Source: Rhizophagus irregularis (taxonomy: Eukaryota). From it: 64,000 nt of DNA. Both the position numbers and the translations under genes were made by a program. Below the pieces are notes generated by a model. The model was given only the letters and a program-made list of their open reading frames with translations, was not told the DNA's origin and ran no database searches. The DNA is taken from the NCBI RefSeq assembly GCF_026210795.1, contig NC_089431.1:5828001-5892000 (forward strand). Direction: 5' to 3'. Below, piece after piece: positions 1-15,066 of this stretch. Positions within the stretch are counted from its first letter, which is position 1; the number at the start of each line of letters is the position of its first letter.

Positions 1-1299
1 CGGGATAAACTAGAACTAGCCAATCAAAAAATAGCTAATGTCATCATTTTAAAACTAAATTTTTTTTTTTTTGATACACGTGAAATGAGAAATTTAAAAT
101 CATTTTTAAAAGTTTTTTTTTTGCAAAATAATTTAATAATTTTACGATTATGCGATATTAAAGTAGCAAGAAAGTTTTTTTTTACGAAAATTAATTGCTG
201 TAAGTAAAAAATTTTTAGACCCTCTCCTATCAAGATAAAATAGGATTCCAAACAGAAGTTATAATTGATCGGCAGCCAAAAAAAAAATAATTACACATGG
301 TCCGTCTATTAAAGAAAGTTGGCTCAATAAAAGAACTTTCAAGGTCATAATAATTTTGTTATTATTTCCACAATAAAATAAATAATAATTACTTTTGATC
401 TATTTCAAAAATTAATATAATTGGTAAAGTAAATTTTATACATATTTGATTTACTCAAGTTTTTTTATTACTAATACATATAGCACTTTTAAATAACTAA
501 TAAACCTATAAAATATCATAATATATTAAAAAATTTGAAATAGATCATTTATTTCTTTTAAACAATGTCATTTTTCAATATACAGTATATGTACTTATTT
601 ATAATACTACCATTCTAAAATAACCACGATAACCACGTGAGCATAAATATGTCCATATTTCGGTCGGAAAGGAATAAAACTCCAGTTGGTTAGGAATAAT
701 CGTCGTATCAAGTTCAGATAAAGTTAGGCAACACATGGCGCTAATACGCTAATATAATTTTATTGAGTTGTACAATTGATTGTTCTTGATTCAACATCGA
801 TAGCATATAAAAAAAAATTCTGTTTGAAAGATAACTTTTATAATATAAATAAATAGATTTTAATAAATAAATAGATTTTAAAAATATTTTTCTGTCCCAA
901 GTTGTCAACGTTTTATCTTTCAATCTAACAATAATACTCATGTTTTCAACACTTACTTCCTTCATACATCACTTTTTTGAATTTCCAAAAAAGCTAATCG
1001 TATTACAAAATGTTTGCTGTCGATCCAATGGTGACATTTTGGTACTACATATTTATATACTAGGCGCAAGTTGAATTTTCAATTCATCTTATACTTTTTT
1101 CTCGTTATGAGCATTATTTCTAAATTTTTGTATATAAAGTTCCCTTTTGGCAGTTTCTGAAGTTGTATAGTTCCAATGTCATTTTAAGTGTAAAATATAA
1201 AAAGTTATTGTTTTTTTTTTTATTAAGAAACTGAATTTTCCTTTTGAAACCCGAAAATAAAAGTCGCCTTTACTTTTTATATATACGTTTCTTTCCTTG

Positions 1300-3468
1300 A
1301 TGTCAAAATTATCATATAGATTCTTTCACACTATCACAATATTTGCTTCCATTCTACATTCACTACACGGTCTTCCGACAGATGTTTCAATACCGCATAA
1401 TAAATATGATCAAATTCCTTTAACAGATGAAGAATTTGGATGGAAATTAGGTGTGATTGTAGTTTTGGTGATGTTAGGTGGAATCTTTGCTGGTACGTTA
1501 TTATATACAATGATTTCATTCTTTAACTTAATTATTAAATATTTGTTTAAACATGAGTTAAACTTTTTTTTTTTGATCTTCAAAGGTCTTACAATTGGAC
1601 TTATGGGCTTAGATGAGACTAATTTACAAGTATTGATGGTAGCAGGTGAATATGATGAAAGGAGACACGCTAAAAAAGTAATGCATCTTTTGCAAAAAGG
1701 AAAACATTGGGTATTGGTCACTTTATTACTTTCAAATGTGATCGTAAATGAGACTTTACCGATCATCTTTGATTCTGTGTTTGGTGGTGGATGGCCTGCT
1801 GTATTATTATCTACTGCATTGATCGTTATTTTTGGAGAGTATGTATAACTCGTATATTTATAATATAAATATTTATATATAATCTATTAATTCTCAATTT
1901 AATTAACTTTTTTTTTTTATTTAAAGAATTATTCCACAAGGTACTATATATGTTTAAAAAATTTCATATATACATTTATATACGAAATATCTGAATTTTT
2001 TATTTTCTATTTTCATGTAATAGCTGTATGTGTGCGTTATGGATTAGCAATCGGAGCTGAATTTTCATGGTAAATATATTTGAAATATCTATATATCAAT
2101 TAAAATATTAATGTTTTAATTTTAATCAAAAATTTAGGTTCGTTAGACTTTTGATGTATGTTCTTTTTCCAATAGCATATCCTATTGCTTTGATTTTAGA
2201 TTTTTGTCTTGGCGCACAACATGGTACCATGTACAGGAAATCAGGTACAAACTTGATTTTCTATTCCTAAAAAAAATCTATTTATATATATTTTTTGATA
2301 CTAATAATATTATATATTTAATTATAAAGAATTAAAAACTTTTGTATCTTTGCATAAAAATGGGGGGATTGAAAGTTTAAATGAAGATGAAGTCCAAATT
2401 ATTGGTGCGGTATTAGATCTTCGTGAAAAATATGTATCAGTAATAATGACACCACTTGAAGATGTCTATACATTAAGAGCCGATGAAGTTTTGAATCAAG
2501 AATTAGTCGATGAGGTAGGAAAAATATATATATATATATTTATTTTTTTTTTATATTTTAATATTACTTTTGTAAGATTTTGGTATAATTGTATTCTTTA
2601 TTTATAGATCCTCTCAAGAGGTTATTCTCGAATTCCTGTATATGAACCACCTAATCCAACTAATTTTATAGGCATGCTTTTGGTGAAAAATTTAATTACT
2701 TATGATCCTGAAGATGCTTGGATGGTTAAAGATTTTTCGTTGAGTTCGTTACCTGAAACTCACCCCTTAACTAGTTGTTTAGATATTTTAAAATTTTTCC
2801 AAGAAGGAAGAAGTAAGTTATTCAAAGGAAAAGTTTTTTTATAATTTTTTTTTTTTGATATTTTAAAAATAATTGTTCTTTCGATTATAGGTCATATGGT
2901 ACTAGTCTCGGATGATCCAGGCGGTGAAGGAGGTGCAATTGGTATTTTGACACTCGAGGATGTTATTGAAGAATTAATTGGAGAAGAAATCATTGACGAA
3001 ACTGATGTTTACGTTGATGGTAATTTTAATCGATTGTTTAAATAAATTAAATATATTCATAATAACTTTTTAATTATGATTTTCTTTTTTTTTTGTATAG
3101 TACATAATAAAATCAAAGTTGTACGCCGTCCACCGCGTCAAATACGTCCCAGATCATATTATTCATTCCTCTCAAAACGCCGCAATAGACAAACGGCCAT
3201 TACGACATCAGCAGTTACACCCGTTACGAAAACAACTAAAAATAATGATTATGTTGCCAATGGTTCTAAATCTACCGTAGGCAAAAACAAATTAAAACGT
3301 GGACAAAATTCTGTCGATAATAATACAGATGAAAGTGAAAATGAAGAAATGCCAGAATCAGCAAAAACCTTTATAAATCACGATTTGATGGATAAGCCAG
3401 ACAGTGATCAAGATCATGAATCGATTGGGTTGTTAAATGGAATTAATACTCGTAGAAAAGAACCTTAG
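1300..3468 (+). CDS. MAM3: CNNM/DUF21 + CBS-pair metal-homeostasis membrane protein (Mam3-like), multi-exon
   Basis: Spliced ORF pieces give [74 protein letters not shown] and [22 protein letters not shown], all typical of the CNNM family. Introns are GT-AG and include a 14-bp micro-exon at 1927-1940. Confidence 0.93.
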
Positions 3469-4808
3469 ATAAGTAGGTTGTGTTTATATATATTCAATTT
3501 TTTTTGAAACTGTTCTTAAATTCACAATTTTTAGTATTATAAAATAAATTATTTTATTTAAAATAATGATTAAAATTTCGATTATGAAATAGATGAAATA
3601 AATAATTTAAGCATTGGAAATTTTTGGATTTGAATTTTTTTTATAAATATTTTTTTCCTTTAAATAAACTAATTAATTAAAGGTTCACAATTTTTAGTTG
3701 TGAGCATATTTTGATACTGTAAAGAGTTTTTTTTTTTTTAAGTAACCAATAATCAGATTTGTGCAGATCATTTATGAATACTATAAATAGAGGTGCGACA
3801 TAGAAGTCGCAAGGGTTTTATATCAAACGCTAACATGCATGTAATATAGTTGCAGATAAATATTTATACTTTTTAATAAATCATAAAGAAAAAATCTCGA
3901 GTTTCTAAGTGTGATCATTTTTTTTTTTTAGACTCTTGCTGAGCATTTCTTGTTAGGCCCTTTTTTTTCTCCTTTAACATTTTGTTGATCACTTACCCTT
4001 AAGAATCACGTGTTATATAAAACGGCTGATAAATCTTTATTACCTTTAATACCATTTAAGGAGCAGAAACGAGGCGTTCTAATTTATTTTAAATTCTCGG
4101 TAATCAAAACAAGCCCCAAAATTCACACAGCCTCTGATCTATCGTTTATTTTTTTTTTTGGTTAGTGAATTTCTATAAAAATAAAATCTATAATCTTATC
4201 CCTTTATAATAAAATCCAAGAAAAAAAAAAAAAAGATAAATAAATAAATATATTTTAAGCTATAATTAAACATGAAAATCAAACAATAATTGAAATTCAT
4301 AATATATTTATTGATATTTTTGAAAAAAAACGGGGGGAAATCATTAAAATTTAGTTAGTTAAAATATTATGTAATCAAGTAAAATCGAATTGCCAATATT
4401 AGAATACTCAAAGCAAACACTGTTAAATACCTAAAAATATCTAATATTTGATGTGCCATGTTGTGTCGTATGTTAAAAAAATTTGCCTCTCGATTGCAGC
4501 TTTATTTATACGACTTCCTTGTATGGAATTTATATTTATATAAAAATAAAACTTCGTAATTTAATTGTGCAGTACTAAAAAAGTTGTACTATATTAATAA
4601 CAAGAAATCCCTTTTTTTCTTTTTTTAAAAAAAATTTTACATTTTTTTTAATTTAATATTTATTTATTTATTTTTTTTTTGTCAAAAAGGTATTGTACAA
4701 TATCTTCTCTCTTTCTTTTAAAGAAATATTACTTACTAAAAACTTTCATTTTTTTCTTCTAGCATAAAACTACAATTAAATTATATATATAATATTAAAC
4801 TTAAAATA

Positions 4809-5963
4809 ATGCGTTCACTAAAAAAAGCGACGATATTTTTCGTCGCCATCTTACTTTTATTTTTATTATCCTTTGTTTCTGCAGAATTAAATAGAAGAGG
4901 TATTTATTTACATAACTTATCAAAAAATTTTTATGCTAAAACAATTATAATTCATTATATTAATCAATTATTGAATATAAGATCCACAAGCACCTGGTGA
5001 CGCACCACCAGCGGGAGGAAATCCACCAGCAGATAATCCACCAGCGGGAGGAAATCCACCAGCGGATAATCCACCAGCAGCAGGAGGCAAAGGAGGAAAT
5101 CCACCAGCAGGAGCACCAGATGCAGGAGGAAAAGCTCCAGCGGGAGGAGCACCAGACGCAGGAGGAAAAGCTCCAGCGGGAGGAGCACCAGATGCAGGAG
5201 GAAAAGCTCCAGCAGGAGGAGCACCAGACGCAGGAGGAAAAGCTCCAGCAGGGGGAAATCCTCCAGCGGGAGGAGCACCAGCGGCAGGAGGAAAACTTCC
5301 TGCGGCGGGAGGAAAACTTCCTGCAGATGGAACAACAACGGGAACAAATGATACAGCAATACCAAAAAAAAGTGTTAATCCATTAACACCATCAGTTCAA
5401 GTCAATATGGTTTCTCCAAAAATGTCATCAAAGAATATACTATTTAAAATAGGATCAAATATTACATTTAAGTGGACTTATTCTGCAAAGTTTGATGATC
5501 CACCAAAAACAATATCAGCTTATGCACAACCACAAGTAGATGCAAAAACTTTTTATCCGATAGCACTAAATCAAACCCTTAATGAAACGGGACAAGAAGT
5601 AACTTGGGTTACGGCTGATAATGCAACATCTTTACCTATGGCTAAATATAAATTATGGATTTGTGACGAAAGGGGACTTGTTGCTCCTGCTTTTCCTGGC
5701 GGTCTTCAAGTTTTTTCGGGTTTGGAATTTGGTTTATATAAACCACAAGATAATAATGGTAAGTTATAATATATATATATATCAAAAATGGAGATGATAG
5801 TTTTTAAGAAATATGTATTAACTTACTTAAAAATGTTTTTTTTATAGGTAACTGTCCAACCTGTACTATTAATAGCGCTGTTTCAATTTCAATAATTCCT
5901 TTATTATCTACTATCGGTTTTACATTAATATCAATAATTTCATTTAATTTTATTTTGATTTAA
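4809..5963 (+). CDS. Secreted, probably GPI-anchored protein with a Gly/Pro/Ala repeat stalk and a C-terminal beta-rich domain ending in CxxC
   Basis: Signal peptide MRSLKKATIFFVAILLLFLLSFVSA. Intron ~4900-4981. Exon 2 reads DPQAPGDAPPAGGNPP...(AGGAPDAGGKAP)n...SVQVNMVSPK, continuous with ORF 5407-5769. Intron ~5759-5847. Last exon GNCPTCTINSAVSISIIPLLSTIGFTLISIISFNFILI* is a hydrophobic tail. Confidence 0.8.
5005..5325 (+). repeat. Coding tandem repeats (36-bp AGGAPDAGGKAP units plus GGNPPA-type units)
   Basis: Repeated gcgggaggagcaccaga(t/c)gcaggaggaaaagctcca and ccaccagc motifs. Confidence 0.9.
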
Positions 5964-6521
5964 ATTATTAAATTATTTAAAAATAATGTTTAATAAATAG
6001 ATGAACTTTTATTCTTTTCTTTTTAAAAGAAAAGGAGGAAAATTTTAATCATGGACTTTATGTTGAATTTTAAAAATTTATAACAATAAATATTAGAAAA
6101 TATTCTAAAGAAGCCTGTATTTGGATAGTGTACTAGATAAAATTTATATTATTATTTCAACAATAATTTGTATTCTAATAATTAATTTAGTTGTAATGAA
6201 AAAAACAAACTGATTTTTTTTTAAAAAAAAAAATTTTGATAACTTTCATTATTCTTTTTTTTTTTGTTGCTACCGTAATTAAAATTATTATTTGGTTCGT
6301 GTTTTCTTTTTATTTTTCAATAATATTTCTTCGAAATAATAAAACAAATAGAAAAATTGCGACTTCAAATTTATGAAGTATAATCATTATATATATAGTC
6401 ATGAAAGGGAATTATAAATTATTGCTTTGCTTTTTTACTACCACTTCATTTACTTCTTTTTTTTTAAAAAAAAAAAAGAAAAAAAAATTGTTCAAGAAAA
6501 GAATATAATAATGATGTCTTT

Positions 6522-9500
6522 TCACCGTTGAATATTTTTTCCTTTAATAACTGATTCGATTTCTTCTTGTGTGAGAGTTTCATAATCCATCAGTGCTTTT
6601 GCTAATCTATGTAATTCTTCTTTATGATTTTTTAATATATTACTTGCACGTATTTGAGCATTCTAAAAAAAAATGCCGTATTAAATATCCGACTGAATAC
6701 ATATTTTTTAACGTAAAGATTACTTACCTCCGTTATTGTTCTAATTTCAGTTTCAATAACTAATTTAGTTTGTGTACTTAATTGATCTAACTCTTCTTCT
6801 GGATGAGCCACTGGTCCAACCTAAAATATTTACAATATTTATTACTATATAGTTAAAATCTGAATTGCTTATAAAGAATATTATAATTACTTTATCACTC
6901 ATTCCAAACAATGTGACCATACGTTTAGCAACATTCGTTGCCGTCATTATATCATTATGTGCACCAGTAGTCACATTTTCTTTACCAAATATCATCTCTT
7001 CTGCAACTCTACCACCCATAGCAACATCGATCATAGCAAGATATTCTTTCTTAGTATAGTTATCTTTATCCATCTCGGGTAACTGAACAGTCTATTAAAA
7101 AATATAATTAAATATATCATCGAAAAAAAAAAATTTTAAAAGAATATACAAAAATTAACTCTTGTATTATTACTTACCATACCCAAGCTATTACCTCGTG
7201 GCATAATTGTAGCCTTATGTAATGGTAAGGCTCCTGGTGTATATAGTGCTACAAGTGCATGTCCACCTTCGTGGTATGCAGTTAAACGTTTGCTATCGTC
7301 TGTAATTACGGCAGATCTACGTTCAGCTCCCATAATTATTTTATCTTTAGCGTGTTCCATATGTCTCATCGCTACTTCACGTGCACCATCTCTCGAAGCC
7401 TGTATTGCCGCTTGATTGACTAGGTTAGCCAAATCAGCACCCGAGAATCCTGGTGTACCACGTGCAATTATACTAATGTTCACATCTAATTGAAATAATT
7501 AAAAAATTATGAGTTGTAATAATATAATTTTTCCAAAAAAATAAACAAAACTTACCACGTGCTAATTGAACGTTTTTTAAATGATGAGACAAAATTTGCA
7601 CTCTACCCCGAACATCTGGCAGAGGTACTGCAACATGTCTATCAAATCGACCGGGACGAACTAATGCTTTATCTAAAAGTTCCGGAAAATTTGTTGCTGC
7701 AATAAAAATGACTCCCTCAGTTTGCGAAAACCTATAATAAAGTAGGAAAATTATCATGAATAAACATATAAATAGTGTAATAAAAAACTTCGGGATAATG
7801 AAAAAACCTACAAACCCATCCAAATCGACTAACAATTGATTGAGTGTCTGTTTCATATATGTTTGGTCTTTTGGGTTACGTTTTGAACCAATCGCATCTA
7901 ATTCATCAATAAATACTATACTAGGCGCCTTACGTCTTGCAGCAGCTGTAATAATAATTTAAGAAGATAATAAATTCGCTAAATATAATCAAATCAAAAT
8001 TAAACATCTATGTACACATAATAAGACAAATAATTTACCAAAAAGTTCACGAACTCTTCTTGCACCAACTCCAACGTACATTTCATCAAATTCTGAACCT
8101 GACATAAAAAAGAATGGTACACCTGCTTCACCGGCAACTGCACGTGCCAACAAAGTTTTTCCAGTACCTGGAGGACCAGTTAATAATACACCTTTAGGTA
8201 ATCTACCACCTAAACCAGTAAATTTCGATGGATCCCTCAAGAATTCAACTAATTCTTCCAATTCCTCTTTTGCTTCATCAACACCATGAACATCAGAAAA
8301 TTTAACCACCTGTTGAGACGATGGCTCATATTCTGATTGTGATCCACCGGTCTTTAAAAGACCAGAATTTTCCATAGCAATACTTAGGAAGGTAAGGATG
8401 CAGAAAGCATATGTAAATGTAATTCCCACCCAACGCAAAGCGCGCCAAAACATATATCCACGCGCTAAACAAGCAAAAAAATGAATTTAATAATTAATAA
8501 AATACATATTGTTTAAAAAATCCCGATCATTACCTTCTTCAATTACGACATAAATCGGGTTTTCTTTATTACCCGCGTTTGCTGCTATAGCTGCTGGACT
8601 ATTTTCCACTGTAGCTTTTTTCCCCTGACTTTTCATAATGCCTTGCACTAAGTCTGTTGTTAAAATCGGGTTACCTAATTATTAATAATTCAATCAATAT
8701 GTGGTAATCACAAGTTCTTATTTATATGTGCATTACCTCCTTCGGTTCCAGCCTGCTCCAGTTTTTGCATAATTTTCGGTAAAATTTTATCAGTTTGGCC
8801 TGCTCTAACTAATGCAGTAACATAAGCCTGAAAACATTCATCATCGTGAGCGAATTTCCCACGCTCAAACCGAGCAATTACTATATTGTGGTTATTTGAT
8901 TTCAATAATTCCTAAAATAATAATAAAAGAATATCAGATAAAATAATTGTAAAATAAAATTTGAATTCCCTATATTATATTTAGATAATCACCTACTTTA
9001 TAAAATTCTGCCTGTTTTGATGCATCATTAGGTGACGCATTTGCTTCAGCTTCTAATAGCTGCAAACGTCGTTGATTTATATATCTAACAGCAGAATTCG
9101 TCCCAAAATACCTATGACTACTTCCCAAATATTGAATAGCAGAATCTGTAAATAAATAATAACCATAAAAAAATCAATAAGATTTCTTATTGATTATATT
9201 TAATTATTTTATTTCGAATTGAAAATTTATGTCTTTAAATTTCATACTTACCTCTTCTAAAAAATGACCGGGAAGATGATATTCCAAAAACTCCCCCAGC
9301 TCTTAATAACCTAGAAGCAGACAGTGGTGATAAACCTGTCAATCTTCCTGTTAAAAAGTTATATTGAAAAAAGTCAAATGAATAATATCAAAAATTAAAT
9401 ATATATATAATAGTAATAAAATAACCTGAAAATTGTGACAATAAAGTTTGTATATCAATTGATTGAAAAGAAGAATCCGTTTTCAAGATTGTAATAGCAT

Positions 9501-9871
9501 CTGCTAGCACTGCCGTCGTTATCGGTTGGACATCCTTATGTCGTAGGCATTCAGGGAGATCGCTCACCTAATTTAAATTATAATAATTAATCCAGTAGTC
9601 ATAAAAATTAAGAGAAAATCCTTGAAATACCTGCAATTTTGAACGAGTAAGGATTGACGTAGAATCGGTAGTTTTATTCTTTGACGAAGCGGAGACTGAA
9701 GAAGGTGTAACTTTAACTGAGTGTAGAAACAATGAAGCCTCGGAGAGTAGCGCAGAAAGCTTGTTTAATATAACGACAAAATTGTACAATATCAGATTTT
9801 ATGCGCTTTTGACACTAAAAATAATAACGGCATACCTGCTGAGTCAAGGAAATTGTGCCCTGAGCTTGCAT
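6522..9871 (-). CDS. YME1: Mitochondrial i-AAA ATP-dependent metalloprotease (FtsH family), multi-exon
   Basis: Walker A GPPGTGKT, Walker [21 protein letters not shown], protease motif TAYHEGGH and GGRVAEE. ATG at 9871 ([12 protein letters not shown]), stop TGA at 6522. Confidence 0.96.
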
Positions 9872-10163
9872 TAGACGAATAGCTGCCAGTAATCGTGAAA
9901 GATCTGTATATTAAGTAGTTATGAAAATGGAATTTTGCAATTTTTGAAAAGTATAAAGCATAAAACTCGTGTGATAAAATAAGAGAACGACTAGGGCATC
10001 AAAATAAAAGATCTATTTTAAATCGTACCAAGATCAAAGAAAATACTTTTTGCGAAAATCGACTGATACGTCACAAAAACTATTTCGGGGTCAAAAATTT
10101 TAAGGGTACTAACTTTATTCGTACAAAGCACAACAAAACTTTTTTCACTTTGGTCATACAAAT

Positions 10164-10907
10164 ATGTCGACATATAATTTGACACTTGGACAAATTGAAG
10201 AATCTTTGGGGAAATTATGCACAATTAAACTGAAAAATAATGAAAAAGATCTGAAAGGATATTTATATAATATAGATCCTGTGACTTTAACAATATTTTT
10301 ATTACAAGTAAGTATCTTTAAGTGCTTCTTTAATTGAAAACTTTTTAAAATAATTTCTTTTTTTAAATATTAGATTGAAAATGATTTTAATAAAAATGAA
10401 TTACCATCTCGATATAAAATTTTGGTTGTCATGAATTATGCTATATCAGAGTTTAAAGGTATAATATTAAAAAAAATTGTATTTGAATAAAATATTAAAA
10501 TCTCAAATGTTATTTTGTAGTGAATAATGAGGAGAATGGAATATCAAGACATATATTAGACAACGTAGTTAATCAAAGAATTGAAGATTTTAAAAATGAA
10601 TCAGAAAAAATGCAACAAAGAAAAAAAGATTTGATTTTATTATTTGAATCGGTAATTATCAAAATTAATATTAATTACTGTAAAAGAAAATTAACATACA
10701 CAGCATTTAATTATCAAACCACCTGCCAATTTGACAATTAATTTCATTTAGAATCGAATTCAAATAACCTACACAAATGATGACCCTGTTGTACATATTT
10801 TAGATAGAGCACATATATCACCACCTTATGTCATTTCTTCTATTGAATGTAATAATGAAATTATTCTGCAAAGAGTAAAAGAAATGATGGTACAATTACC
10901 AATTTAA
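10164..10907 (+). CDS. GEMIN6: Gem-associated protein 6 (SMN complex, Sm-like fold), 4 exons; not shown as a full ORF in the track
   Basis: Spliced translation: MSTYNL...KGYLYNIDPVTLTIFLLQ|...VVMNYAI...QQRKKDLILLFES|NRIQIT...HISPPYVISSIECNNEIILQRVKEMM. This parallels Gemin6 motifs G.....DPV, RK..L, I.PPY and NEIIL.RV. Introns ~10308-10373, 10459-10520, 10652-10751. Confidence 0.82.
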
Positions 10908-11953
10908 TAAATTCTAGCTCAACAATGGTTTCCAGAACTGCTCCTTAAGTAAGTAACAAATTAAATTAATAACTTCAGTATATTTTTACAGAACTCCTAA
11001 AATATATATACAACTCAGATTTTTTTATACACTTAATTTTTATATAAAATATATAAAATAAAAAATCACAAATTACTAGAAATCTGGTAATTGAATTTCA
11101 ATATAGTTTATATATACCATTTAATTTATGAATCTAATAACATGAAATTTATATTTATAGTTTAAATATTGACGAAAATTGTATAAAATCTTATTCAGTA
11201 ATTATATTTCAATCATCTTGAATGTCACATTCTTTAACATTGTAAAGTATATTTACATTTGAAGGAAGTCTTTTAGTATTTTCTATTATGAATATATACT
11301 GTAATTGACAAGGATATTTTAAACAACTGAAGTATCTTTAAATTACTGTAATAGTATATCAAATTCATAAAACTTTTCAGTTTCTTTGTTCCACTATCGT
11401 ATACTTAATAAAAAATATTACAATTTAAATATAAACTTCTCTTTAAATTATTCCAGCTATAAGGTAGTATGGTTATCTATTATCAGTCATTAACTTATTA
11501 TTTAACTGCAATTCTAGACGAAACGAAGGCCATGTGAAAGTGTATCTACTTAATCATCTGACTCGAAAGCAATATTAGATGAAAAGGTGACATCTCAGGT
11601 AAGTAAAATCTAACAAATCCAGACTGATCTCTATTTTACTTGATGATCCAGAAGGGAAGCAAAAATTCGCTATTAACAAAGTGCTAGAGTGATTCCCTCT
11701 GTTGGGAGGCTTATCAAAATGGTATCACAATAGTAACTGTGGACTTCGTCATGTGGATAGGTTTGCCAACAGATCTACAACATTTATTTTTATGTGCTAC
11801 ATCAATAATAAAAAATTTCGACACAAAATGTCACGGTTTTTCCCGCGTTAAATTTTTCTATTGTATCCCCCCTTTGAACTCGCTACTATAATTAATTAAT
11901 TTAATTGGTATCATTAAATTATAAAAAAAGAGAGTTCACTTTGATTTCTACTC

Positions 11954-13228
11954 TTATATGTAAACACCTTTAAGTTCAGCGTCAAGATTAGCATTATGTT
12001 CTTCATCATCAACCTTAATTTTATCAGCGCTACTTTCATCGCTACCAGATTCCGCCAATAAACTGGAGCTACTATCTATTTCTTCTTGTATGATTTTATC
12101 TAGTTCTTTTAGTACATATGACAGGAAATTACTTTTGAAGGCAACATCTGTTGGAAGTTTCCATAGATTATATATCTTTTTGTGCGTTCCAGAGATGACG
12201 ATATTATATCCTTGTTTTTGTGCAAATTTGATATACAATTCACACAAGTAACAACATTTCTTGGATACTGCTATATACACCCTAGCTTTCTTTTTCTGAT
12301 TCATTATTTCGTTCAATATGTTCATTTCGGCGTGTAAATATATGCCTTGTTTAATGCTTTCAAGTTCCAGATTTTTTACATCATCATATATTTTTTCTAA
12401 TCTGCTCGCTTTGATTTTATTACCCAAACATGCATTCTTGAAATTTTCATACTCCATGGGATCAGGAATAAACCTTTGGATGATGTTTTTCCATGAAAAT
12501 ATGGGTTGATGAGTAACAATGGGCTTCAATATATGCAGTTTCATATTGGAAAACAGGACTTTGTATTTTTTATTACATGCGCAACTCGTGATATCGATCA
12601 AAGACCTCATATATGATCCTACCTTTTTGAGATGCTTTAGAAATTTTTTCGGAATTGTAACATCTTTAGAAACTTTTTTATAATAACAGCAACAAACCCT
12701 TGATATGATGAGTTTATTCGCTTTATCATGATTAATGTCAACTGAATTTGAAGCATATTCTATAAAAGATTTAATATATTGATCATTTTTACCATCTCTA
12801 ATGTCTCTTTTAAGTTTATCAAGTCTGGATTCGAACTTCTCAGAACAGTACGCAATTACGCTGGCAGATAAAGTCTTTGTATCAGACTTTTTAATTGCTT
12901 CTTCCCATTTCATGGGTTCATATTTTGATATTTTTATCAGGCATTCCTGGATTTTATTGATATATTTAAAATCTACTTGAAGCCAATTACTGTTTTTAGA
13001 AATATAAATTATACAGTAATCTGGGTAAGTTGTCAAATTTACTGCCACCGCTTCTTTTTTCCTTGCCAGTATTGTTGCTAAATCACGAGAAAATTTCTCA
13101 TTCTTCGTCAGCTTCGGCTTCGTCAGACCAATAAACTCGTCACTTTCTTCGCCAACGACAAATTTAATACTTCCAGCAACCTGCAATTTACTGTAAAATT
13201 CTTTCTCCTGCTTTTCTATCTCATTCAT
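11954..13228 (-). CDS. Intronless OTT_1508-like nucleic-acid/nucleotide deaminase domain protein
   Basis: Intact 424-aa ORF with LATILAR..EAVAV at the N-terminus, zinc deaminase motifs YLHAEMNIL and YIAVSKKCCYLC, then GTHKKIY..WKLP. Confidence 0.8.
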   Translation of the reverse strand: MNEIEKQEKEFYSKLQVAGSIKFVVGEESDEFIGLTKPKLTKNEKFSRDLATILARKKEAVAVNLTTYPDYCIIYISKNSNWLQVDFKYINKIQECLIKISKYEPMKWEEAIKKSDTKTLSASVIAYCSEKFESRLDKLKRDIRDGKNDQYIKSFIEYASNSVDINHDKANKLIISRVCCCYYKKVSKDVTIPKKFLKHLKKVGSYMRSLIDITSCACNKKYKVLFSNMKLHILKPIVTHQPIFSWKNIIQRFIPDPMEYENFKNACLGNKIKASRLEKIYDDVKNLELESIKQGIYLHAEMNILNEIMNQKKKARVYIAVSKKCCYLCELYIKFAQKQGYNIVISGTHKKIYNLWKLPTDVAFKSNFLSYVLKELDKIIQEEIDSSSSLLAESGSDESSADKIKVDDEEHNANLDAELKGVYI

Positions 13229-13680
13229 TTCCAGAGAAAGATGCGGGTAATACCTTACTCAGTCACATACCTGAGTACAGTCATGTACATATGCCTTGGT
13301 TTGATGATCTTTTCATGTTCCTAAACTCGGTCACGTTAAGATCGTACACCCCCCCTGTAAGATCAAAACCCATGATTGTTCAAAAATATCACGTGATTTT
13401 TAATGCGGCTGATCTACGGTTGGTCTTTTGTTGCTAAATTTTTATCATGGTATTGAACTATATAAATTATAAATCTATAAACTCTCATAATTTATAAAAT
13501 AATTCACACAATTCTATTTAATGGTTTTTAACAAAAGGATAATTCCGTAGATTCGGTAGTATTTAAATATACTGTATATATTTTTTTTAATATTCCCCAT
13601 CGGTCTAAAAAGACGAAAATGAAAGCTTATATAAATGCCGGTAGTACAATTTATTAAAAAAAAGGTTTATTATTTCTTTT

Positions 13681-15066
<1,386 letters not shown>

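Noticed and set aside
4964..5386. Q/E-rich ORF (4997-5386 +) and Leu-rich ORF (4964-5365 -)
   Set aside because: Shadow frames of the Gly/Pro/Ala repeat. The splice phase and continuity with 5407-5769 select the third frame.
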